A stretch of DNA of 64,000 nucleotides, from positions 3,720,001 to 3,784,000 of the forward strand of contig CM106585.1 of the NCBI GenBank assembly GCA_048013815.1, written 5' to 3'. The translations under genes and the position numbers were made by a program. The DNA comes from Setoptus koraiensis (Eukaryota; Animalia; Arthropoda). Under the pieces are notes generated by a model, which saw nothing but the letters and a program-made list of their open reading frames with translations, did no database searches and was not told the DNA's origin. Shown here in pieces: positions 1 to 10,800 of the stretch (position 1 is the stretch's first letter; each line of letters opens with the position of its first letter).

Positions 1-2
1 AT

Positions 3-611
3 GTAGTCGATTGTGGCAGGCATGTCGGTCTGTTCGGTTGTAACGGAGGAGATCACGAACCCATAGAGAGATTTATCAGAGATTGGGGCGTCGAGTTACG
101 ATCTGATTATCCATATTTAGCTCGAGATTCCATTTGTCCCTACGAGAAAGACGATTGGCATAGGGCTGGCTACAAGCGGCCAGTAGTACTGAGTTACAAC
201 CAGGTACACCTCAGGGCTCTGTGGCCCACCGCCTTGTTACTTTCTGGTCCCCTCCTGGCAGTCCTGAAGGTTCCCGAAGATTTTTCTGCTTACGGTGGTC
301 TGGTGCATCACGGACTCAATTGCAATCATGATGGATATCACGCTATGTTACTTGTGGGCCATGGTGTTGAGGATGGCGACGAATATTGGCTATTCAGAAA
401 CTCGCATGGATACTATTGGGGCGAGACAGGATATTTCAAGCTGTCTAAGGCAGCCAGTGATGAGTGTTACGACGGATTCTACGAAACAACATTAGATTAT
501 CTCAGGCCCCCTGTGGGCCCGATTGAGGTAACTGAGGGTCACGGCAGGAATAAGCTCATTAGAAAATTAACACCCTACGAGGCTCATCACGAGGGCCTAT
601 TGAAATTCTAA
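3..611 (+). CDS. Papain-family (C1A, cathepsin L-like) cysteine protease, 5'-truncated by the window edge, intronless in view
   Basis: Frame 3 is open from base 3: VVDC..GCNGG, DYPY, catalytic-His motif YHAMLLVGHG, catalytic-Asn motif YWLFRNSHG..WGETGYF, stop TAA 609-611. The catalytic Cys lies upstream of the window. Confidence 0.92.
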   Translation, partial: VVDCGRHVGLFGCNGGDHEPIERFIRDWGVELRSDYPYLARDSICPYEKDDWHRAGYKRPVVLSYNQVHLRALWPTALLLSGPLLAVLKVPEDFSAYGGLVHHGLNCNHDGYHAMLLVGHGVEDGDEYWLFRNSHGYYWGETGYFKLSKAASDECYDGFYETTLDYLRPPVGPIEVTEGHGRNKLIRKLTPYEAHHEGLLKF

Positions 612-759
612 TAGATTTTATTCATCGTCAGTATCTGCACGGAGCGATTGTGGAATAAACTGTCCATATAGTACCGAATCTCGGCAGTGACGATAAAAGT
701 TGATTCAGATAAACAAAAAAAAATCATGTGGCATGTATATTCAATGTCTAGTGTTACGC

Positions 760-1230
760 GCTCGTACCTATCTCCGGCCTCTTATTCATGGTGAGCTAAT
801 CCCATAACGGGATCGATTGAGTTTGCCGCGTAACTATCAATTGGCAAGATCAAAATTGTCTACCCCAAGTAGCGATATCGAAAGAGCTCTGATTTTAAAA
901 TTCGACATTATCATTCACTGAATCATTAGAACCATAGCTATAGCGAATGATGTACAGAATAATCAAGTTCTTCTAAGAGGCACAAAATTCAATGATGGAT
1001 CTTTTTATTTGTTGAATCCCGGCTCGAAATTTTCGCCGCAAGTTTTGGGGTTTAGCATGCCAAGCACTTAGACGGGTTTTGGCGGATGGGTGGAAGTTGC
1101 TAAAACAGGCGAGATTCGTGGAAAAGTAGCTTGCTTTTTCAACTTGGATAATTCCGGACGTTACCGCATCTAGTATGCCGATTATTTCGTTATGCGACCA
1201 GGCAAACCCCATCTTTCATTTATTTCGTAT
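760..1230 (-). pseudogene. Decayed paralog of the 331-aa secreted protein (stops and frameshifts)
   Basis: 790-841 matches 1563-1614 at 49/52 nt (translates IDSYAANSIDPVMGLAH vs IDSYAANSIYPVMKLAH) and is followed by a stop. 853-890 matches 2466-2503 at 35/38 nt. Boundaries approximate. Confidence 0.65.
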
Positions 1231-1347
1231 AGAGGAAAGCTTTCTATTATGCTTTTTATCGCTCGTCGGAATCTCGGATTTAGCTCGTCTACAAGTTTCT
1301 TTAATCTGCCTCTTATACCACGTATTTGCGATTAAGGGACATATTAA

Positions 1348-2343
1348 TTAATCTGTGCCAAGTTCAATTTCATTGAATCGCTCAGTCACATCAAAACTCT
1401 TCGGCTCTAATGGCCGAAACCCGGGTAGTGCACCTTTCGGCCAAGGTACTGCTAATCTTGCACCCCGGCAATATTGGATTGTTGTGAGCCAGTGTTTGAC
1501 TCTTGCGCTTCCCCTCAATTTGTTGTCTGTAACATCGTCTCTGACTCCTGCCTTGTAACCACGGTGAGCTAATTTCATAACGGGATAGATTGAGTTTGCC
1601 GCGTAACTATCAATCAATAGGCAAGCTTGCTTAAGATTCACAAACTGTTCAGCCACTTTTGGTTTATCAACATAAATGCGATTTCCTCTCTCTTGGCGAT
1701 AATATTTAGACATCAAATCATCCCCTGAAATAAGTTGCTCCGGTAGATCAACTTGTATAGGGAACACATACTTTTTGGCCACTTTTCGAGCACATTGATC
1801 ATTTTCAACGACATCGAAGCTTTGTTTAAGTGCCTCGTCTGATTGCTCTGCTTGCTCTAGTTTTGTTTCGAGATTTCTATTGCAGGTTCGAACAACCTGA
1901 CCAAATAGCAATGATACGAATTTGGACAATCCATGAGTTGTTCCTTCCTTCTTGGTTCGAGACCAAGAGTCATTAATGAGTATGTCGAAATCCAATAATT
2001 CCTCGATAAAATCATTTTCGCACACAGAATGTATCGTTGACACTTGTTGAACTATTTTGTATAGATCTCTCACATCCCTAACGGCATCATAAGTGTGCAA
2101 ACAGTTGTCGATGATTTTGGTTACCTTTTCGCCATACAGTTTTGGTGTTTGCTCCATCTCTTTCACGAATCCTATGAAGGCCGCCACAGAGCTGAGAGAT
2201 TTTATTCTGCGATCGCAAAGGGACTCGGATGATGTCCATGGCTCTCCACGTTGGTCCTCATGAGGGTAAGCTGCACAGCCAGGCGCGAAACAACCGACCA
2301 GACCGACGATCAAGAAAACGAATGGCACTTGTTGTGCGGACAT
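1348..2343 (-). CDS. Orphan 331-aa predicted secreted protein, intronless
   Basis: ATG start and a long non-repetitive ORF. N-terminal hydrophobic stretch VPFVFLIVGLVGCFAPGCAA-YP resembles a signal peptide, with 7 spaced Cys in the mature part. No family recognised. Confidence 0.78.
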   Translation of the reverse strand: MSAQQVPFVFLIVGLVGCFAPGCAAYPHEDQRGEPWTSSESLCDRRIKSLSSVAAFIGFVKEMEQTPKLYGEKVTKIIDNCLHTYDAVRDVRDLYKIVQQVSTIHSVCENDFIEELLDFDILINDSWSRTKKEGTTHGLSKFVSLLFGQVVRTCNRNLETKLEQAEQSDEALKQSFDVVENDQCARKVAKKYVFPIQVDLPEQLISGDDLMSKYYRQERGNRIYVDKPKVAEQFVNLKQACLLIDSYAANSIYPVMKLAHRGYKAGVRDDVTDNKLRGSARVKHWLTTIQYCRGARLAVPWPKGALPGFRPLEPKSFDVTERFNEIELGTD

Positions 2344-2409
2344 CGTGATATTAGTTTGCGTTGATCATTCAATCCAAAGTTAATTAATTCTCATTTAAGC
2401 ACAATCCTT

Positions 2410-2660
2410 GAAATATTGTCACTGGCAGTCTTAAGTCAGCTGCCACCTCTATTTATACTATATCGAAATTGTCTACTCCAATTAGCGATATGGAAAGAGC
2501 TCTATTTTTGCACATTTCGACATTATCATTCAACGAATTGTGCGAATAGCCTGCCCGAAATAGCACCAATGTTATTGGAAAACAAAAATGGACTAACACT
2601 TTTATACAGAGTGACTGCATAATAACCTGTGTTTTATAGAGACGCTGCAAAAGAAGTGAT
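2410..2660 (-). pseudogene. Second decayed fragment related to the 760-1230 relic
   Basis: 2466-2503 and 2516-2532 match 853-890 (35/38) and 901-917 (17/17). Only a short ORF (2453-2650). Boundaries approximate. Confidence 0.45.
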
Positions 2661-2877
2661 TATCCCTGTCACGCTGTCTTTGTGAAATTTCGGTTGCGTG
2701 AACAACATTTAGTTCACTTCATCTTTATATCTTCGTATCGCATCAATTAATTACAATTGTGTCATTACGATTAAAATTCGTAGCTGATGCAACAATATCA
2801 GCAACGAACAATATGATTGAGAATACTTTTTGTCACCATCCACCACTCGAGCAGTGCGCCGACAAGGTAAGGCTCAC

Positions 2878-3453
2878 AACTGTCACACCCAGATTTGGTT
2901 CTAAGTTACCAAAATGTGTTCAGCTCATTGCCCTGAACAAGAAACGGTGTCGGCTTTTCCCGTTTTTTGCCTGGTTCGCGAGATATTCTGGTTTTTCTGG
3001 TGCGTAGGGGGCGCTGCGCGCTATGGGAAAATGCATGTAAAATGTGTACACACGCGTTTTGCGCTTTCTGTGCGCTTTTGCATTCATCCAATGTTACTTG
3101 CCTGTTGGTCGCTATTGCTGTTGGTTGCTTTAATTTTATTTTTATTTCTGTTTTAATTAACTATTTTATTCACATTATTACATACACTCCTTCCCTGCGT
3201 GTGAGAGAGTTAGACAGAACTCAGGGAGGAAAAGGTTGTCAAGACACATGAGAGAAGAGCGAAAATTGCATAAAAGCGTGCGTGCAGATTTTACATGCAT
3301 TTTCCCATAGCGCGCAGCGCCCCCTACGCACCGGAAAAACCAGAATATCTCGCGAACCAGGCAAAAAACGGGAAAAGCCGACACCGTTTCTTGTTCAGGG
3401 CAATGAGCTGAACACATTTTGGTAACTTAGAACCAAATCTGGGTGTGACAGTT
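2878..3453. mobile_element. Non-autonomous foldback/MITE-like element with ~166-bp terminal inverted repeats
   Basis: 2878-3043 is the reverse complement of 3288-3453 with one mismatch seen; ~244-bp non-coding spacer. The 9-bp direct repeat TAAGGCTCA at 2868-2876 and 3465-3473 is a possible, slightly offset TSD. Confidence 0.75.
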
Positions 3454-3645
3454 CCGAACCTTTTTAAGGCTCATTTTCGCCTGGTTTCCAGAGCTCAAAA
3501 TTCAACTTGAGACCGCGAACAGAATTATGATGAGAAGAACGCGCATTTACATCGCGGGCTCACATTCAATTCTGGCGTCTAAATGCTCGTCAACTAGAAC
3601 CGACTAGCCGAAGCGTAGAAATCAACAACTAATGATTAAATCCAT

Positions 3646-3711
3646 TATTCATCTCGACCTGCCACGTTCAGATCATTTTAATTATTGAACGTGGCAGGTT
3701 GAGATGAATAT
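3646..3711. other. 25-bp-stem hairpin (pre-miRNA-like geometry)
   Basis: TATTCATCTCGACCTGCCACGTTCA (3646-3670) pairs with 3687-3711, with one G-U wobble on the plus strand and a 16-nt loop. The inverted repeat is clear; its identity as an RNA gene is unproven. Confidence 0.6.
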
Positions 3712-4678
3712 CGAGTAAGTGATCTATTCGATGAATAAAACCTCTTTTGCGAACAGTATTTATAGAGAATGCGATTCGACCTATGAGACAGGCTTTATTA
3801 CAAGAGAATCTGTTGTAGAATTGTTCGTGTTTGTATGTGTGTATATGTAAATGTAATGTAGTTAATCATGAGTTGATAATGATTTAATAACAAGGAATAC
3901 TACTCTTATACAATAGATACCAACTGATTCATATCTGACTAAAAAGCATCCTCTTATGGTTGTAATGTGATACATTGTTCATGTGTACCTTGTAATAACT
4001 GTAAACCATGGCTGCGTCCAAAGTCCAGAGTCATCATTCAATCCTTTCTTACTTAGTGATGATTCATATCTAGAGGTTTCAGTTTGACCATTAGCTTAAT
4101 ACATATAATTTGTTTAATTTCTACACCGCTTCTCGTTTGGTTATGGTTGCGGTTTTGTTTCTGTTTCTTTCGGCGCCATCGTTACATGATCGAATAAATC
4201 ACATGAAGAAATAATGATAGTCAACTTTATTTTGTTCAAAAACGGATATTTTTAATTTTTAGTACGCTGATAATGCTGATAATAGTAATAATAATACATA
4301 TGTATATATATTTATATATATAATATGATTATCTAAATGAGTTCATTGGCTTTAGTTTAGTCTCTCTGTCAAATAGTTGTGTATGCTGATTGATACAATA
4401 GCTAAAAAGATGGTCCGTTTATGTGTATGTGTAATTGCTCTCTACCCATCAATATACTTTTAGGTGTTTGCTGCTGTTTCATCATTCTCCGTGATCATCA
4501 TTAAATTTTTTGCTTTTTAAAGGAACTTGACTATTCTGTACATCAATCGATATAGCTGTGGTTGAAATCATCGGAAATGCTGCTCACATTTCTATTATTT
4601 ATTTATATTAATAGTATTTCTCTAAGAGATGATTGCCTCACTATTACCATTTAATTTTATATTGTTAAGCGGTATGTT

Positions 4679-4752
4679 TCAAGGTGAATGTTTGACTCCG
4701 CGATGGGCTACACCATTAACAGCTGCGCTTACGGCACTATAGTAGTAAGGAC
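4679..4752 (-). CDS. Pax2/5/8: Pax2/5/8 last coding exon ([24 protein letters not shown])
   Basis: Acceptor caaatag|GT, 115-bp intron 4753-4867 with donor GTGAGT. Splicing creates the SPYYYSA motif conserved at Pax2/5/8 C-termini. Confidence 0.85.
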
Positions 4753-5043
4753 CTATTTGTTGGGGGATGCGAGGGGAGACATGATTAGATGAAGATTGAT
4801 TAGTGAGTGAATGTCTCATTTGAACAAAATGACAATGGTTTATCTCTGAATAAAAGTCTAAACTCACTTATATTGGCCAAACTCGAGGGTGAAGTTGGGG
4901 CAAGAGTGGCGGCCGTTGCCGCATCTTGGTGGGCTTGAGCCATTGATGCGGCATAGTGTTGCACCAAGTGTTGTTGTTGTTGATGCTGTTGTTGATGATG
5001 GTGGCTGTTCAACAGCGAATGTTGTTGCTGAAGCTGGAGCTGA

Positions 5044-5075
<32 letters not shown>

Positions 5076-7784
5076 GTGGTGATGGATATTAGATTGTTGT
5101 TGATTGAGAGTATGAGTGTGGTGATGAAGATGACCATGATTTGACGAGGAGCCAAGCGGCGATTGTTGTAATTGATTATGTGTATGAGTTTGTGGATTGA
5201 ATTGATGATTCAATTGATGATGAGATAATGAATGATGGTGATGTGAGTTAACATTGTTAGAAGCGGCAGCAGCAGATAGCAAATGATTATGATGATGATT
5301 ATGGCCATTTTGTTGTTGATGATGATGATGAAATTGTGCTGCAGCACTGGCGGCATGATTAAGATGATGCTGATTGTTATTGTTGTGATTTCCAATAGTG
5401 TTTGCGTAATCTGTGCTATGATGGTACGATCCAATAATAGGCGAATCACCAAATGAATTAGCTTGATTAGTTACAACACCATAAGTAGAGCCAGCCACTT
5501 GCTGCTGATTCAATTGTTGTTGTTGTTGCTGCTGATCCTGATGTTGCTGCTGCTGCTGTTGATTTTGCTGATCCTGTTGTTGTTGATGATGATACAACAG
5601 GGCGCTATGATCTTGTCCAGGCTGACCTATGACTATCGACGAGGAACTATCACCATTAATGGCACCAGCAACATTCATATGATGATGATGGTGAGCTCCC
5701 CCATTAACTGACGTTGGATGATATGAGGCATAGGCCGCTTGTTGGGCCAAGGCCACCGAAGCAGCCGGTGAATAGGCGGCCGCGGCCATGGCCGCCGCTG
5801 AGGCATTATAGGTGACGGCGCTAGCTGCTGTTGCATAATCTATATAAGCTGCCGCAGAATGAGGATTCAGGGCCGAATGATTAACCGTTACGTGGACACT
5901 TCCACTCAGGGGTCCTAATTGCACTTGATCAAGTTGATCCTGTTGTTGTTGTTGTTGCTGTTGTTGATTATTACTACTGGTGTGTCGTCCTGATTGGCCG
6001 TTAGGTGAGTTTAGTTGTGATGATGAGTTAGCGGGCATGTCTTGTCCTCCAGTTACAGTTACATTTAGTCCGGTTCCTTTGCCGTTGAGCTGGCTAGAAT
6101 CGTCAGATGATTGATTAATGGTGCCACTAGAGTCACAAGTGGAATTGTTGTTGTTAATGACTTTAGTCGATGCAGACCGAGAGCCTGTTGTGGCGGCTGC
6201 TGATGCGGTTGTTGTGATGGCGGCGGGATTAGAGGTGCCATTTAGGGGCGAACAAAGAATAGGTTGCAATGTTATAGGTTGCTTATTATTAATATCAATC
6301 GATGATGTTGTGGTTCTTGGCGATGAGGAGCTCATGGTAGAGCCGGGTGTCACCATTCCATTGCGTTGTTGATTGAACGATGCTCCATTTAATGTATCAT
6401 TGCCATTAAGTTGCTGTTGCTGCAATTTGTTTGTTTGTTGTTGATTCGAAACATCACATGCAACTACATCAGGTATTCCATTAACGCTAGAGGATGCCGA
6501 CGATGAGGTCGACGAGGATAAAATCGAAGAGGACGTAGTAGACGACGATGATGAGGTTCCATTTGTGCTTAACAATTGCATCTGATGTTGAATAGTAGTA
6601 TTCCGATTTGTTGCCGTTGTTGTTGTTGCTGCTGCTGTCGATGGCGTTTTTCCACGAACCAACAATCCAGCTGAGGTAGATGTGGACGATGCAGTAGTGG
6701 TTGTTGGCGATTCCCTAGAGCTACTGTCATTATTACTGTTATTACCGTTGCTATTACAAGTTGCTATCAATCCTTTCAAATTGCCCCCTGTTGGTGTTGT
6801 TGTGTTTTGTGTGACATATGGTAAATGGATTTTGAAAACAGTGGATGCATTAGTGACATGATTAATCTTTGGTATCTATTGTTCGTTGATTGATTCTGAT
6901 ATCGAGCAACCTATATGCACTTTGGCTGAATAACCAATAGCTTCTTAAGTGCACCCACTTAGTGGCCCTCCATCGACTACGATGGCCCCGATTGACCTAT
7001 GCCCAATTCGACCAAACGTATCTCATCAGTATTTGGAATCGGTTTTGGAATCGGTATATGGAAAGGCCGTTGGAATCATGCATTTGAAATTATCCAGATA
7101 ATTAGATCACTACTGGTCTAGTTAGCCTGCATTGTAAAAAACAATTGTGCACCAGCAGCCAACAGAATGAACGCCGAAAAAGAGCGCGCGCGGATTTGAA
7201 TTCAAATAAATACTTAATTATAATTTATACCATGATGATTGATTTTAATGCATATTGTAAGCTCATTAGAACGAACGAGAGACCATCCTAGAGTTATCAT
7301 CCAACTCTTGGTTTGGTAGAGACAAACAAAACGCTCTAAACATGTTTAATTCATTACAAGACTTCTAACGATCAAGCTCTTCAATTGACAATTTAAAATT
7401 GACAATCTAAAAATTGATCTCTCCCCAGTCAAAGTCACGTATCGTCATCGTCTGTTGTATTTATATCGGGTCTGCATTTGTTCAGATGTTTAGATGCAAT
7501 TGTTGTGGCATCATTTGTTTTCACGATCATCATTATTTCTAATGTAACGATGAACTGATAAGAGAGATTCAGAGCACTCTGTTAATCAGAGGCAGAGATC
7601 CGTTTTCGCGTTGCTCTTGTGATGATAAAATAATTATTATTTATCTCGGAATTGTCATAGCTAGCTCACAATTGTCAGTTTGAATGAATATGTCATGTTA
7701 TGCTACTCTTGCCAGACCAAAGAACAACAATGCCGAGAGGCTAATAGCTTATTCAGCTCATCGATCATCTCTTTATCATTTTCT

Positions 7785-7850
<66 letters not shown>

Positions 7851-10800
7851 AGATGCAAATAAACATTCGAATGGCGTAACATATACAGCACATACGCGAA
7901 GATATGATGTTGTTATGAAGGCATTTTCGTATAGTTGTGACAATTTGTTGCTCGCATTCAAACGTCTATGTTACTTATGACAATCTTCTCAATATGAAGT
8001 CAGACGAGTGGCGTTAAAGTAGATGCTTTTTGTTTGTTTGTTTGTTTGTTTGTTGGCTTCAAAAGTCAAACAATTAGTTGTACAACAGCGACAACAACAA
8101 TTGAGTGCTGGTATCTCTAGTTACATGCAGAGACAAGAGCAAATAGTAGCGACAAGAACAAGCAAGCTGGCTTTATGGCACACGGCCCAGTCAAGATCAT
8201 TAGAAGACTGTTGTTGTTATCATTATTGTTGTTGTTCTATTGGATCTGATTGTTTGGCAAGTGCTTTAAGTCGCCCTAAGTTGTCTTTGAAGTAGTGACA
8301 ACAACAATTATCTAGATGTTATGTAAATGTTGTTCTCGTTCTCGTTTTCGATCTTGATCTCGACGAGGCTCTCGCAAACTCGTTGCTAGTGACGATGATG
8401 AATGATAATCAAAGAGTGGCACTCACACGAAATGATCTTGGCTTGAGTCTTTGTCGCTATTCATCACTGTCACACAACCGGTATACTACAATTTTGTGAG
8501 CTGTGTGTCTAGCAGTGAAAAGAAAGATCCCATCGCTATGGTGATGGCAGTAGTAGCAGTAGTAGCAGTAGTAGTAGTGTGACTAGCTGTGGACCGATTC
8601 ATCTTATCCGATAATAATAATTATCATGATGAATATAGTGGACAGAGGACAGAGTAACAAGCACCGGCCACTTGCTTTTGAATTGGCGCCATTTATTTGT
8701 TTGCGAATGCAGTAGCAACACCAAATGTACTTGCGTAATTATACGCTCCAGTTGCATCATCATAATGAATCATCGTCATGCTGATCTTGACAAACTCCAT
8801 AAGCAAGCATTTCTCACTTATCACTGCCACATATAACTCTACTATTCTGACTAACTAACTACTACGACTAACTAGAGAAATTCTTGTTCAAGTTTAATAG
8901 CAGCAATTGTGCAGGGGCCAAGTGGATTTATGTGATACATGAACGCAGTGCAAGAATATACTTGAATTTCATTGCGCACGACTCAATGATATTAAGTCAT
9001 CGCCAAAAGGTCAAACGAATATCGGCCAACATGGCAATTCATTGAAATGTGTGCGATCGGATTTGTTTTTCATTCTCGAGTGCCGGGATAGGTATTCATT
9101 TTTTGTCATTTTTTGTCTCATTGCTGTTATTGGCACTGGCCGCTGATTTATTGTAGCCGAGAGAACGATGATTCATGGGATCAACATTTGTAACATTTTA
9201 TATTTGGGAGGTGTTGATGTGGAGCGAGCGCTCGTGCCATGGGAACGTCATATATGATCGGAATTGTCCGATTGTTGACGGAATTGCCCGTTGTCACAAA
9301 TAGAAAGTGGGGCGCGCCGTCTCTTGAGTGGCACCAGTTCACCTTCTTGGCTTTTCTTGTCTCTTGATGTGTCGTTGGCCGTTGGCAGCGTTGTTGCATT
9401 GGCTGACGTTGTTGCAGTTGCTGTCGTTGTTGTTTCTGCTGTCGAGTGAGAGACAGATGAAAAAGCAACAACAGCCATACATGATGACAGCACGTGGTGA
9501 CACAAAGAAACAACATTATTCCTCGTTCGAGCGCCATCGTTCGTTTGAGCGTTTCGGAAACGTTAGCGTCGCAAAGAAGGCGAACGCGCCTCGTGAAATG
9601 AGTGCTGGCAACTAGCGACCGGCACACACCAAATGCAAACGAATGATGGCAACCAAGTCGACAGGAAATGACTTTTGACTATGTGTATACATAACAGTAG
9701 TGGCTGCGATACTGCGGCACTGGCAGCCAAGTGGCTGGCTCATCACGATGCACCACTACTGCCACTTTGCCAACAGCAACATACAAACAACAATGGACGG
9801 CCACCGACGTTTGGGTGACGCGGCCGCAACAAAATGATACTTTCAACATGATAACAACAACAATAATAATAATAATGGTAATAATAATAATCATGGCGGA
9901 CGAGCCGGCAGTTGGCAGCGCGAATGGCAAACAGAGAGCAAGAGACAGGCAGACAGAATCTAAATTAGGAGCAGCCGGCCCGGCGCTCGAGAGAAGCCGG
10001 CGGAGCCGAGTGGAGCCAAACGAAGGCAAACGGAGCCAAAAGGAGCCCAATGCAGCCCAATGCAGCCCAATGCAGCCAAATGGAGCGGCCTCCGCTGGAT
10101 TTGTCCGAGCCAATTGTTCGTATACGAACCATTGGCGTTGTGTGACCCCACGTGATGGCCCCACAACAACAAACATGGCAACAGAATGACGTGAAATAAT
10201 GAAGTTGCCAGCGAGTTAAAAGCGCATTGGTCATGTTAGGTCATGAAGTGGTCGCCACTAAGTAGTTGTTGTGTTAACATTGGCGTTAAATCATCATTGG
10301 CCAATTGCATGATTACGCCGGCGCGCTCGTCATCGGGCAACATCATTGAAAAACCATTACAATATCAGTTGCGCATTTATGTGAGTACGCGTACAAACGG
10401 GCCAAAAGAAGCACGAGCAACGGATAAATGAATGATCGCTCGCGCTTGGCCTGCCGCCGGGCTCGCGCTGCCAGCCTATTAACAACGGCGTGTCCGTCAG
10501 CGAGTTAAGAGGCCCGCCTGTCAGATCGCAGGGATAGAGTTGGCCGATGTATTTTCACTTCGCTATATTCACTATATTCACTATATTCACTATATTCACT
10601 ATGTTCACTATGTTCACTGTGTCGGCGGCGGCCGCCGGTAGGGGCGCCTGTCGCGACTCATCAGCGCCCCGTCGGCCGGACTGAATCAGACCAGACTGAA
10701 TCAGGCCAGACTGAATCAGACCAGACTGCGATCGTCGGAGACAGTGGCGCTTCGAGAGCCCCTCGACGAGAGAGCGCCACACGGAAAGGAAGAGAAGCGC

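Noticed and set aside
2881-3450. Solo LTR interpretation because of TG...CA termini (TGTCACACCC...GGGTGTGACA)
   Set aside because: The inverted repeat extends ~166 bp and beyond the TG/CA, and no 4-6-bp TSD is seen; a foldback/MITE fits better.
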